Positions 41,133 to 52,211 of a stretch of DNA of 64,000 nucleotides are shown here, one piece after another. Position 1 is the first letter of the stretch, and each line of letters begins with the position of its first letter. The position numbers and the translations under genes were made by a program. Below the pieces are notes generated by a model, which was not told the origin of the DNA, made no database searches, and saw nothing but the letters and a program-made list of their open reading frames with translations. The DNA is taken from the IMG/VR virus record IMGVR_UViG_3300045988_090963, one strand, 5' to 3'. Origin of the DNA: a virus.

Positions 41133-44100
41133 ATGGGTATGTACTTTAACAATCATGCGCATACGGAGTTTAGTAACTTGCGTTTGCTAGATTGTATAAA
41201 TAAACCTGAGGCACTGATTGATAAAGCTATTGAAGTCGGATTGACGGGAATTGCTATCACAGACCACGAAAGCCTTTCGGCGCATATGAGAGTAAATAAA
41301 TATGCAAAGAAAATTAGGGAGCAAAATCCCGATTTTACGATTGCATTAGGAAATGAGATTTATTTAACTGATACAAGAGATTTAGGACAAAAGTATTATC
41401 ACTTTATCCTAATCGCGAAAGATAAAGAAGGATATAGAGGACTAAAGGAGTTATCCTCTATTGCTTGGATGAATGGATATTATGACCGTAGAATGGAACG
41501 CGTTCCTTTGCTTAAATCTGAGCTTAAAGATGTAATGCAGAGATTTAAGGGTCATATTATTGGGACTACTGCTTGTATTGGTGGAGAACTTGGTAGTTCC
41601 ATTTTAAATCTTCATAATTGTGAAGAAATTAAAGATGAAATTAACGCACAGAGATACCATAATCAAATTGTTGATTTTATGACATTCTGCATTGATGTAT
41701 TTGGTAAAGATGATTTTTACATTGAATGTGCTCCCGCTTCTTATCCAGATCAAATTATCGCAAATAAAAGAATGTTAAGTATCTCTGAGGCTTTTAATAT
41801 AAATATGTGTATTGGAACAGATGCGCATTACTTAACAAAAGAAGATAGATATGTTCATAAAGCGTATCTTAATTCTAAGGGTGGAGAACGAGAGGTTGAT
41901 AGTTTCTATGAGTTTACTCATTTGATGGATGAACAAGAAACTAGAGAACTTCTTAGATTGAGTTATGACGAAGGCATAATTGATTGGATTTTTAAATGCT
42001 CAAACGAAATGAAAGATAAAATTGAATTTTATTCTCTTGAACGTCATCAATCAATTCAAGAAGTAGAAGTAACAGATTATAAAAAAGGGTTTGTACCATA
42101 TCAGTGGGAAGATAAATATCCTGTTCTATCTAGTTTGATTTGGAGCGATAATATTCAAGAAAGATATTGGGTAAATGAATGTATTATTGCTTTGCAGAAA
42201 AAAGGTTTATTTAATGATCCTAGATATCTTGAAAGATTAGAAGAAGAAGCAAGAGTAAAGAGAGTGATTGGAGAAAAACTAGGAACTTGTATGTTCGCAT
42301 ATCCAAATACTCTAAAACACTATGTAGATTTGTTCTGGAATTGCGGAAGTACCGTAGGCGCGGGGCGAGGATCAGCTTGTGCTGCTTTGAACCATTATCT
42401 TCTTGGAATCACTCAACTAGATCCCATTGAATGGGATCTTCCTTTCTGGCGCTATATTAACGATGAAAGAACTGAACTTGGTGATATTGACCTAGATTTG
42501 GCACCATCAAAAATTCAAAAGATTTTCGCGGAGATTAGAAAAGAACGAGGAGAACTTGGCTTAGTACAAGTTTGTACTTTTGGCACAGAAGGAACTAAAT
42601 CTGCGATTTTAACAGCTTGTCGAGGCTATCGTTCAGAAGATTATCCTGATGGAATTGATGTAGATATGGCTCAATATATGAGTTCTCTTATTCCACAAGA
42701 AAGAGGTTTCTTATGGCCTATTGAGGATGTAGTTAATGGTAATCCAGAAAAAGGTCGTAAACCTGTTACAGTTTTTGTAAATACTGTGAATCAGTATCCT
42801 GGATTATTAGATATTATTACTAGAATACAAGGACTAGTAAATAAACGTTCGAGTCATGCTTCTGGAGTAATCTTATTTGATCAAAATATTTTTGATACAG
42901 CCGCAGTAATGAGAACTCCAAAAGGAGCATTAATTACTCAATGGGATCTTCATGATCAAGAAGCCGCTGGATCTGTCAAGTATGATTTCTTGCTTACAGC
43001 AGTACAGGATATTATTATTCAAACTATTGAGCTATTGCAAAAAGATGGCGCTATTGAAAAAGATTTAACATTGCGTGAAGTCTATAATAAATACCTCCAT
43101 CCATCTGTCCTCCCACAAGACGATAAAAAAATGTGGGATGCTCTTGCCAATGGAGATGTTCTTGGCTGTTTCCAATTTGATTCTAGTGTTGGTGCTCAAG
43201 CAGCAAAAAAGATTAAGCCTCAAAATCCGCACGAAATGGCGGACGCTAATGGATTGATGAGACTAATGACTGCGGAAAAGGGTGCAGAAACTCCAATGGA
43301 GAAGTATGTTCGTTTTAAAAATAATATTTCTCTTTGGTATAAAGAAATGGATCAGCAGGGTTTAACAAAAGAAGAACAAAAAATTCTTGAACCTCATTTC
43401 TTACGTTCTTATGGTGTGCCTCCCAGCCAAGAACAAATGATGACTATGCTTCAAGACCCAAATATTTGTGGATTTACGTTAGCTGAAGCTAATACTGCAA
43501 GAAAAATAGTTGGTAAGAAGCAAATGAACAAAATTCCAGAATTAAGAGAAAAAGTTTTAAATTCTGCAAAGTCTCCAGCATTAGGACAATATGTATGGAA
43601 TTATGGCATCGGCCCGCAAATGGGCTATAGTTTCTCTATTATCCATGCTCTTGCTTATAGCTTTATTGGTATGCAAACTCTTTATCTTGCTACCCATTTT
43701 AATCCAGTATATTGGAATACAGCATATCTTATTGTCAATAGCGGTGCCATTAATGAAGAAGAAGGAGAACAATCAGATTATACCAAGATTGCTAAAGCCA
43801 TTGGAGAAATTCGTAATGCTGGTATAAAAGTGTCTTTGGTTGACATTAATCATTCTGATTTTGGTTTTAAACCAGATGTTGAACATAATCAAATCTTGTT
43901 TGGTTTAAAAGGGTTATCTAATGTAAACAATGATTTAATTAAAACCATTGTTGATAATCGCCCCTATGTATCTTTAATTGATTTCTTTAATAAAGTACAT
44001 CCAAATAAACAAGCAATGATTTCTTTAATTAAGGGCGGAGGATTTGATCAGTTTCATCCTAGGATGGAAGCAATGATTCAATATATATGGATTACCTGTG

Positions 44101-45014
44101 ATAAAAAGAAAAGAATTACTTTACAAAATCTACCTGGGTTAATGAGATATAATCTCATTCCTGATGATGAAAAATTTGTAATGCCCAAAAGAGTTTACGA
44201 ATTTAATAGATATTTAAAGGCAGAATGTAAAGACCCATATAATGCAGGTAAGTATAAGCTAGATGAAAGAGCAATAACTTTCTTAGTTGAAATTGATTGC
44301 GAAAAACTGCTTGAAACAGATAATTTAATTTGGTATATTGATATAAAATCTTGGGATAAGGTTTATCAAAGTTACATGGATGTATTTAGAGCATGGATTG
44401 CAGAAAACAAAGAAAAGATTTTAGATGACTTAAATACTACAATCTTTATGGAAGATTGGAAGAAATATGCTTCTGGTAATATTTCTTCTTGGGAAATGGA
44501 ATCTTTGTGCTTTTATTATCATGACCATGAATTATCAAATATCAACAATAGTAAGTATGGTTTTGTAGACTTCTTTAGTTTACCAGAAGAACCTCAGGTA
44601 GATAAGGTATTTAAAAAGGGTGCTTCATTAATTCCTATCTATAAGCTACATAAGATTTGTGGAACTTGTATTGCAAAAAATAAAGTAAAAAGTACGGTAT
44701 ATCTTCTTACCACCACTGGAGTTGTAGCGGTTAAGTTTAGACAAGAATACTTCGCGTTGTTTGATAAGCAAACTTTCCAGAGAAACGAAGATGGCACAAA
44801 AAAGGTCATAGAAAAATCATGGTTTAATAGAGGTAATATGATTGTTGTGCAGGGAATTAGACGCGGAGATGAATTTGTAACAAAGAAATATGCAAGTTCT
44901 GGAGGTCATCAACTTTATCACATTGATGAAATTGTCAATGGTACAGACTTAATTTTAAGAAGTGAAAGAAAACAAGGAGAAGAAGAGGATGAAGATAGTA
45001 GCGTTAATGGGTGA
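41133..45014 (+). CDS. dnaE: DNA polymerase III alpha-subunit family (DnaE-like, N-terminal PHP domain)
   Basis: PHP motif HAHTEFS; GAGRGSACAALNHYLLGITQLDPIEWDLPFWRYIN..DIDLDL matches DnaE [30 protein letters not shown]. Confidence 0.7.
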   Translation: MGMYFNNHAHTEFSNLRLLDCINKPEALIDKAIEVGLTGIAITDHESLSAHMRVNKYAKKIREQNPDFTIALGNEIYLTDTRDLGQKYYHFILIAKDKEGYRGLKELSSIAWMNGYYDRRMERVPLLKSELKDVMQRFKGHIIGTTACIGGELGSSILNLHNCEEIKDEINAQRYHNQIVDFMTFCIDVFGKDDFYIECAPASYPDQIIANKRMLSISEAFNINMCIGTDAHYLTKEDRYVHKAYLNSKGGEREVDSFYEFTHLMDEQETRELLRLSYDEGIIDWIFKCSNEMKDKIEFYSLERHQSIQEVEVTDYKKGFVPYQWEDKYPVLSSLIWSDNIQERYWVNECIIALQKKGLFNDPRYLERLEEEARVKRVIGEKLGTCMFAYPNTLKHYVDLFWNCGSTVGAGRGSACAALNHYLLGITQLDPIEWDLPFWRYINDERTELGDIDLDLAPSKIQKIFAEIRKERGELGLVQVCTFGTEGTKSAILTACRGYRSEDYPDGIDVDMAQYMSSLIPQERGFLWPIEDVVNGNPEKGRKPVTVFVNTVNQYPGLLDIITRIQGLVNKRSSHASGVILFDQNIFDTAAVMRTPKGALITQWDLHDQEAAGSVKYDFLLTAVQDIIIQTIELLQKDGAIEKDLTLREVYNKYLHPSVLPQDDKKMWDALANGDVLGCFQFDSSVGAQAAKKIKPQNPHEMADANGLMRLMTAEKGAETPMEKYVRFKNNISLWYKEMDQQGLTKEEQKILEPHFLRSYGVPPSQEQMMTMLQDPNICGFTLAEANTARKIVGKKQMNKIPELREKVLNSAKSPALGQYVWNYGIGPQMGYSFSIIHALAYSFIGMQTLYLATHFNPVYWNTAYLIVNSGAINEEEGEQSDYTKIAKAIGEIRNAGIKVSLVDINHSDFGFKPDVEHNQILFGLKGLSNVNNDLIKTIVDNRPYVSLIDFFNKVHPNKQAMISLIKGGGFDQFHPRMEAMIQYIWITCDKKKRITLQNLPGLMRYNLIPDDEKFVMPKRVYEFNRYLKAECKDPYNAGKYKLDERAITFLVEIDCEKLLETDNLIWYIDIKSWDKVYQSYMDVFRAWIAENKEKILDDLNTTIFMEDWKKYASGNISSWEMESLCFYYHDHELSNINNSKYGFVDFFSLPEEPQVDKVFKKGASLIPIYKLHKICGTCIAKNKVKSTVYLLTTTGVVAVKFRQEYFALFDKQTFQRNEDGTKKVIEKSWFNRGNMIVVQGIRRGDEFVTKKYASSGGHQLYHIDEIVNGTDLILRSERKQGEEEDEDSSVNG

Positions 45015-45534
45015 AGCAGGAAGTGGGAAGGATACTATTCTCCATAGTATTATGGAGAAATATCCTTCTTATTTCAATGAAATTATCAGTTGTACTACAC
45101 GCCCTCCGCGAGAAGGGGAAAAAGAAGGAGTTAATTATTATTTTCTATCTATTGATGAATTTACAAAAAAAGTTCTTAATGGAGATATGCTAGAAGCAAC
45201 AGAATTTAATGATTGGCATTATGGTACAGATAGAAAAAGTCTAACAATAGACAAAATAAATATAGGGGTCTTTAACCCTGAAGGAGTAAGATGTCTGCAA
45301 GAAGATGACAATATTGAGCTTTATGTATTTTATGTGCGGGCCGCGGGTAAATAGAGATTATTAAGATAGTTAAATAGAGAAGAAAATCCTGACGTAAATG
45401 AAATTATTAGAAGATACAAAGCAGATGCGGAAGACTTTCATTTCCTTGATGATATAAAATATAAAACTCTTAAAAACGACACCTTAGAAGATATTGATGT
45501 CGCTGTTGATACTATATTTGGACAATTTTATTAA
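44989..45534 (+). CDS. gmk: guanylate kinase-like NMP kinase (2 in-frame TAG)
   Basis: P-loop GEAGSGKDT; CTTRPPREGE..GVNYYF; the C-terminal helix after the TAG at 45352 (RLLR.LNREENP..IIRRYKADAED..FLDDIKYKTLKNDTLEDIDVAVDTIF) matches the Gmk C-terminus. Confidence 0.6.
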
Positions 45535-45602
45535 ACAATTATATCTTAAATTACAATATATAGTGTTCAACTAAAAATTTTATACAAGGAGTTGTTTTAT
45601 AT

Positions 45603-47816
45603 ATGCTTCAAGTAAGAAAGAGAAATGGTATCCTAGTACCATTTGATAAAGAGCGTATTATTAACGCTATAAATAAAGCTTTCATCGAAGTTGATGGGGC
45701 ATTATATGAAGATGATACAGCAAATGATATTGCAGATGAAATTAAGTATGCTGTAAAAACATCTGATGATGTAGTTTCCGTTGAAAAAATTCAAGATATG
45801 GTTGAAGATTATCTTATGAAATCTGAACGTAGAGACGTAGCCAAAGAATATATTAGATATAGATATAAAAGAGAGATTGCAAGAAAAGGCCAAGATGATT
45901 TTATTAAAGCCTTTTCTGCAAAGATTCAAGGTTCTGATATTGAAAACCAAAATGCCAATGTAGATGAAATGTCATTTGGCGGACGAGTTGGAGCAGCGTC
46001 AGATTTACAAATGAAAAGGTATGCTCTTGATTATTTAGTTTCTAATAAATCACGAGTAAATCATGAAAATAATAGAATTTATATTCATGATTTAAATGCT
46101 TATGCTGTAGGTATGCACAACTGTCTTTCTATTCCTTTCGATGATTTACTTGAAAAGGGATTTAATACTAGACAAACTGATGTGCGCCCCGCGGGTTCTG
46201 TAAATACCGCTTTCCAGCTTGTTGCAGTTATTTTCCAACTACAGAGTTTACAACAATTTGGTGGAGTATCTGCTACTCACTTGGATTGGACTATGGTTCC
46301 ATATGTACGAAAGAGTTTTTATAAACATTTTAATGATGGACTTGTTTATGTTGAACATACTTTATCTATGGATGATAGATTAAATTCTACTCTTCCTATT
46401 GATAGTGAAATATATAAAGAATACCCAAATGCGTATCAATATGCTATAGATATGACAGAAAGAGAGACTCATCAAGCAGTTGAAGGTATGTATCATAATT
46501 TAAATACTTTGTAGTCTCGATCTGGAAATCAATTACCTTTTACTTCTATTAACTATGGTACTTGTACTCTTCCAGAAGGGAGAATGGTAATTAAGGCTTT
46601 ACTTGAAGTTTCTATTGAGGGACTTGGTAGACTTCACAAAACTTCTATTTTCCCTTGTGGCATCTTTCAATGTGCAAAAGGAATTAATCGAGCTCCTGGT
46701 GATCCCAATTATGATTTATTCAGAATCGCTTTAAAATCTACTGCTTTAAGATTATATCCCAATTATGCCAATGTTGATTGGAGCGGAAATGCAGGATATG
46801 ATAAAAATGATCCTAAGACATACTTCTCTACTATGGGTTGTAGAACTGCGAATGGGTTCGACATTAATGGATTAGGCCAACAAAAAGATGGTCGTGGAAA
46901 TATTTGTCCAGTAACAATTATTATGCCAACATTGGCTATGGAGGCTAAAAAGTATTGGGAAACCATGCCAAGCGGAGACGACTCTTGTGTTGAAACTTTT
47001 ATTGATTTCTTAGATCAAGCTATAAATGATGCTAAAGATATGCTTCTTGAGAGATTTGAGTATATTTGTTCTCAACCCGCGGAATCCGCGAAATTCATGT
47101 ATGAAAACGGCTTAATGGCTGGATATGATGGAATTTCTACTCGAAGCGCTTTAAAACATGGAACTTTAGCTATGGGACAACTTGGATTAGCTGAAACTCT
47201 ACAAATTCTTATTGGTAAAGACCATACCACAGAAGAGGGAATGAAGTTAGCTAAGCGTATTGAGCAATTATTCAAAGATAGATGTGCTGAGTATAAAGAA
47301 AAATATCAACTAAATTTCGGAGTATATTTTACTCCAGCCGAGAATTTATGTTATACAGCTATGACTAAATTTAAAAATAAATACGGAATTATTCCAAATG
47401 TAAGTGATAAAGAATACTTTACTAACTCTATTCATGTTCCTGTATGGAAACAAATGTCCCCTTTTGATAAGATTGATATTGAATCCCAATTAACTGGCTA
47501 CTCTTCTGCCGGTTGTATCACTTATGTTGAACTTGATAGTGGTATGGAGAATAATATTGATGCATTAGAGACTTTAGTTAATTATGCTATGAATCATGAT
47601 ATTCCATATTTTGCAATTAATGTCCCTAATGATACTTGCTTAAAATGTGGTTATACTGGTGAATTTAATGATAAGTGTCCAATGTGTGGTAGTGAAGATA
47701 TTCAACAGTTAAGACGCGTAACAGGATATCTTACTGGAAATTATAAAACAGCCTTTAATAAAGGAAAAGTAGCCGAAACACAAGCGAGAATTAAACACGT
47801 GGGGTATATGGAATGA
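45603..47816 (+). CDS. nrdD: anaerobic ribonucleoside-triphosphate reductase NrdD (1 in-frame TAG at 46512)
   Basis: ATP-cone; glycyl-radical motif RRVTGYL; C-terminal Cys4 zinc ribbon; fragments in the same frame. Confidence 0.75.
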
Positions 47817-48286
47817 AGTATGCAGGTATTATAAAAAATGACTTTTCTGCCGCACCTGGAGTGTCTTTGAGTTTTTTTACATAGGGATGTCCTCATAGAT
47901 GTCAAGGTTGCCACAATCAAGAGACTTGGGATTTTAATGGAGGAAAAGAATTTACCCATGAAACCCTTAATTCAATCTTAGAAGGGCTTACTGCAAATGG
48001 AGTTAAAAGAACTCTATGTATTATGGGCGGCGAGCCACTATGTCCAGAAAATACATTTCTAACTCATTTGGTAATACAAACCGCAAAAGAAACAATTCCT
48101 GATTTAAAGGTTTATTTATGGACTGGATACTTGTATGAAGATTTAAAAAATTCAACAGATACAGTTATTTAGAATATATTCCAATTAGTTGATGTGCTAA
48201 TTGATGGGCCATATATTGAACATGAAAGAGATATTACGGAACCTCTTAGAGGAAGCCGCAATCAAAAAATAATTTATCTAAAATGA
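47813..48286 (+). CDS. nrdG: anaerobic RNR activating protein NrdG (radical SAM), 2 in-frame TAG
   Basis: FFT[TAG]GCPHRCQGCHN = CxxxCxxC; the TAG aligns with the Gln of FFQGC in PflA-type activases. Confidence 0.65.
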
Positions 48287-48825
48287 ACTTTGTAAAGAGT
48301 ATTTTAGGAGGATTAATGATAGCAATAGCTAGCTATATCTACTTATCTGTTGGAGGTATAGTTGGAGCTATTATGTTTTCCATTGGCCTACTGACTATAT
48401 TAAATATGTAGTTTAAATTATTTACAGGTTCAGTTGGTTATATCAAGAGCAAAAATGATATAAAAGATAACTTCATTATTTTAATAGGAAATATTATTGG
48501 AGCGTGCGGGATCTTAGCCTTTCCGCACGCAGCCGCCCTATCTCTAGTCTCTGCTAAGATCGCGATCCCACTATATTTAGTTTTCTTAAAGGGGATAGTT
48601 TGCGGCATATTTATATATTCAGCAGTATCCTCGTTTAAAAGAAATAAAGATTATATGGTGCCAGTCTGCGTAACAGGTTTTATATTATTCGGCGGAGAAC
48701 ACTGTATTGCCGATCTTTGTTACGCCCTGGCCGCAGGCGTATTTTCTATTGATATAGTATTATTTTTAATAGTAGTTACAATAGGCAATGCTATTGGTGC
48801 AATTATTGTTGACAGAATAAAATAA
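48283..48825 (+). CDS. formate/nitrite transporter (FNT)-like channel, short form (1 TAG)
   Basis: FNT motifs FKLFTGS and LFGGEHCIAD; about 5 TM. Confidence 0.45.
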
Positions 48826-48861
48826 TTATGATATTATATTAAAAGAAATGGAGGACTAGAT

Positions 48862-49200
48862 ATGACTTTATACGAGCTAAATCAAGCGGGATATGCCTCC
48901 CTTCCAAAAATGACGAAGGCTGAATTAGAGAAAGCTAAAGAAAATATTATCACATTCTTAGATTCCAATGATTCTAGATATTATATGATGCTTAATCACG
49001 ATAATAAATATTTTACTTTATTTACCTATGAAAACGATGTAAATAAAAATAAAATGGCAAGCGAGATTATTTCTGTTTCTAAGACACTTGGAGAAATCAA
49101 GGCAATAGAAATAAATGGAAATATTGTAGAAATTTGGATTTTACATGGAGAGAAATGTGATATGTATGCGTTCTTTGATTATACAAAAGGGGTGATATAG
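48862..49200 (+). CDS. hypothetical protein
   Basis: RBS GGAGG; TGATATTAT promoter upstream at 48833. Confidence 0.45.
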   Translation: MTLYELNQAGYASLPKMTKAELEKAKENIITFLDSNDSRYYMMLNHDNKYFTLFTYENDVNKNKMASEIISVSKTLGEIKAIEINGNIVEIWILHGEKCDMYAFFDYTKGVI

Positions 49201-49202
49201 GT

Positions 49203-49469
49203 ATGACAAATGCTATTATTGTAAATTATGATCCATTTGCTATGGAATCTGCTGTATATGTTGTTGATAATGGACTACAAAAACAAATGAAAGTATGCTC
49301 TGATATTAATGGATTAGCTGAAGCGCTTGTAGGAATTGCTTATGGAAATGGAATATATAGTATACAAGTTCATGCTCCTTTTGCAATAACAGGAGAAATC
49401 AATAAACTTGTAAATGATTTGGAAAAAAATATGTATTCAAATAGTAAAATTACAGTTGAGGGAATTTAA
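49203..49469 (+). CDS. hypothetical protein
   Basis: ORF. Confidence 0.4.
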   Translation: MTNAIIVNYDPFAMESAVYVVDNGLQKQMKVCSDINGLAEALVGIAYGNGIYSIQVHAPFAITGEINKLVNDLEKNMYSNSKITVEGI

Positions 49470-49713
49470 TATGTTTTATAATTTAAAGTCTACAAATACT
49501 TATAGGGTGCCTACTGTAGAAGATGCTCTTAGATTGCGCAAATGGTTAGAAAAAACCTCGGTAGGAGAATTAACTTCATTTAAATACACTACTAAATATA
49601 TTAAGCAAAAAGGTGAAATAGTTGAAGAGTATCAACTCGTCACTGCCACTATTACTATTGACAACGAGAAAGAACCAGAAGGCATTATGCCAATTACTAT
49701 TATGGAGGAATAA
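49470..49713 (+). CDS. hypothetical protein
   Basis: RBS GAGGG. Confidence 0.4.
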
Positions 49714-49714
49714 T

Positions 49715-50281
49715 ATGGGTGTATATTTTGAGAAAGTGAGTCGCTTTAATGACATTGATCTACCTATTCCAACCCGCGCGACCGCCAATTCCGCAGGTTA
49801 TGATTTCGTAGTCGCAGAAGATACAGTTCTACCTCCAATGAATTTTTTAACTTCTAAAATTCAAGACCATATTTTTGAAAAAGATAGTGACAAGGATTTT
49901 TATGGATTTGTGAGCCCTTTTACTCTTGATGATATGGCCAATCTTACTAAAAAATTAAAGTCTAAGATTACTCTTGTATCAACAGGAATGAAATGTCATT
50001 TAAATCCTGGTCAATATCTTGAATTAAGTGTTCGCAGTTCTACTCCTCTTAAACATTGGATTATTTGCGGAAATAGCGTTGGTATTATTGATGCCGATTA
50101 TTGTGATAATCCAGATAATGAAGGAGAGATCTTTTTCCAGCTTGTTAATTTATCTCCTTTTGCTATTCAGTTAAAGCGTGGAGATAAAATTGGACAAGGA
50201 ATTATTAAGAGTTATCAAATTACTGATGACGATAATGCAACTGGAGAAAGACTCGGTGGATTCGGAAGCACATCTAAATGA
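49715..50281 (+). CDS. dut: dUTPase (trimeric Dut family)
   Basis: RATANSAGYD and GIIDADY motifs. Confidence 0.6.
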   Translation: MGVYFEKVSRFNDIDLPIPTRATANSAGYDFVVAEDTVLPPMNFLTSKIQDHIFEKDSDKDFYGFVSPFTLDDMANLTKKLKSKITLVSTGMKCHLNPGQYLELSVRSSTPLKHWIICGNSVGIIDADYCDNPDNEGEIFFQLVNLSPFAIQLKRGDKIGQGIIKSYQITDDDNATGERLGGFGSTSK

Positions 50282-50750
50282 GTAATCTATTATCACTCGA
50301 TTAGAGTTCGAAGATTACCGGATATGCGGTCTTTGAAGATAATAAGTTAAAAACTTTTGGTAAATTTGCTGTTGAAGATAATAATATAGATACTAGATTA
50401 GTAAAAATAAGATAGAAGATTAAAGATCTTATTGAATAGTATCATATAGATGAAGTAGTTTTTGAAGATATATAGTAGTAGAATAATATTTCTAATAATG
50501 TTTAGACTTTTAAGATTTTAGCAGAAGTATATGGGGTAGTTTCTGAATTACTAGAACAAGAAAAAATTCCCCATTCTTCTATTTTAGCAGTAACATGGAA
50601 ATCTTTATTGGGTATAAAAGGAAAAACTCGACCAGAGTAGAAAAAAAATGCTCAGAATTATGTTTTTTATAATTATGGGGAAAAACCCACACAGGATGAA
50701 AGTGACGCTGTTTGTATCGGCCTTGCGCATATTAAATAGCATCAATGCGC
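50277..50750 (+). CDS. ruvC: RuvC-like Holliday-junction resolvase, 9 in-frame TAG including three consecutive
   Basis: LSLD.SSKITGYAVFE (cf. LGIDPGSRVTGYGV), VVFEDI (cf. FAIEQVF), ESDAVCIGLAH (cf. ADAADALAIAITH). Confidence 0.55.
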
Positions 50751-50772
50751 TTGGTAATATTGGTCTAAATAA

Positions 50773-50829
50773 AAAAATCCTCCTTTCTTAACTTTAAAAT
50801 AATTTGAGAAGTTAAGAAAGGAGGATTTT
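50773..50829 (+). promoter_or_regulatory. long hairpin whose 3' arm sequesters the RBS (AAGGAGG) of the next gene
   Basis: AAAATCCTCCTTTCTTAACTT...AAGTTAAGAAAGGAGGATTTT, directly followed by ATG 50830. Confidence 0.4.
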
Positions 50830-51261
50830 ATGTTTGCTTTTATTACAGAACATATAGTAGAAATTCTTTTTGGTCTAATTTCCGCCGGAGCGTTGGCTTT
50901 TTGTAGATACTTATATAAATAGTTAATGGCATATAAAAAAATGTTATAGGAAAAAGAAAATAATGATATAGTAGAACTTATTGACGAAAAATTAAAACCA
51001 ATAGTAGAAGATATTGAAGAATTAAGAACATATATACGGAAAATAAAAGATAAAGAAAGACAAGATTTAACATTAATTATAGCTTCATATAGATTCAGAC
51101 TTGTTTAGCTATGTAAAATATATATAAAGCAAGGATATATGACTCAAGATTAGTATGATCAACTAACAGAATTTTACAAACTATATTATTCTTTAGGTGG
51201 TAATGGACAAGCTAAAGAATATTATAAGAAAACCATGGAATTAGAAATTAGATCAGAATAA
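50830..51261 (+). CDS. membrane protein, possibly BhlA/UviB-like holin (4 in-frame TAG)
   Basis: N-terminal TM plus a charged coiled coil. Confidence 0.35.
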
Positions 51262-51264
51262 AAA

Positions 51265-51300
51265 AAATGGGGAACTCAAGTGAGTTCCCCATCCTTCTTT
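51265..51300. terminator. terminator hairpin GGGGAACTCA..TGAGTTCCCC between convergent units (T-run on the - strand side)
   Basis: 10-bp stem; A-run upstream and T-run in the reverse sense. Confidence 0.6.
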
Positions 51301-51338
51301 AAGCGATTAAAAATAGAATTAGTCATATTTATTATTTC

Positions 51339-51602
51339 CTAGCCATATGTAGCAATTAAATCAGCTAGTAATTCTTCTTGTTCGATAGACAATTCTATTC
51401 CATAACTAAACATTGCAGCGTGCGTTAACTCATGACATAAAACTTTTTTCATCATTAATGGAGATAATTCTCCATTAATATAAATACCTTTAGTTTCATT
51501 ATCACAAGCTCCTATCGTTAATTGTCCATCGCTTCTAATTAACATAGGATGAATTGGAGAAGTTAAAAATAATTTCCATCCTTCTCCATTAATATTAAAC
51601 AT
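51339..51602 (-). CDS. small HExxH zinc-metallopeptidase-like protein
   Basis: LCHELTHAAM motif. Confidence 0.4.
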   Translation of the reverse strand: MFNINGEGWKLFLTSPIHPMLIRSDGQLTIGACDNETKGIYINGELSPLMMKKVLCHELTHAAMFSYGIELSIEQEELLADLIATYG

Positions 51603-52209
51603 GGTTTAAAGAAGATATTTTTGTAGCAAGAGCAGAAATTTTCTTTTCTAATAACTATCTTTCTTCTGGGCTTGCGTCATCAATCATTTCAACTAAATCT
51701 TCGCTTAATTCTTTCATGTATTTATCTAATTCTTTTATCTTTATTTCTTTATCTTTATGAAGCTCTTTTGATTCCATATACATCCGACGCATCATAGGAC
51801 TACGACCTTCGCGAGAATCTCTTAAATCCATTGGAAATTCTTTCTCATTATAATATATTGGTCTATCTCCATAGTTTCTGCGGCTATCCTGCATATCTCC
51901 TCTATCTGATTCAGTATATCTCCCTTGAGAATCTCTTGAACGAGGATAGTACATTCTACCCCATTCATTTCTGTCCATATCTCTATCGGGTAAATAATAT
52001 GGAGGAGTAATTGGAATGTAATACTTTCTATGTTCTTCATCTTTCTCTTCCATTGCTTTTACAATAGAACAGTAGTACATTGCCTGCTCTAAATCTTTTA
52101 TCATATCAATAGCTTCGCCTAATTCATGAGTGTCTACATTATGAATATCACTTAGCTATGATTGAACACACCCAATAAGAGTTTCTTTCATATGTTTAAG
52201 TCTTTCCAT
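51595..52209 (-). CDS. hypothetical Tyr/Arg/Asp-rich protein (2 TAG; may instead stop at TAG 51655)
   Basis: ATG at 52207 with an RBS; Tyr-rich low-complexity segment (YYP..YY). Confidence 0.4.
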
Positions 52210-52211
52210 AA

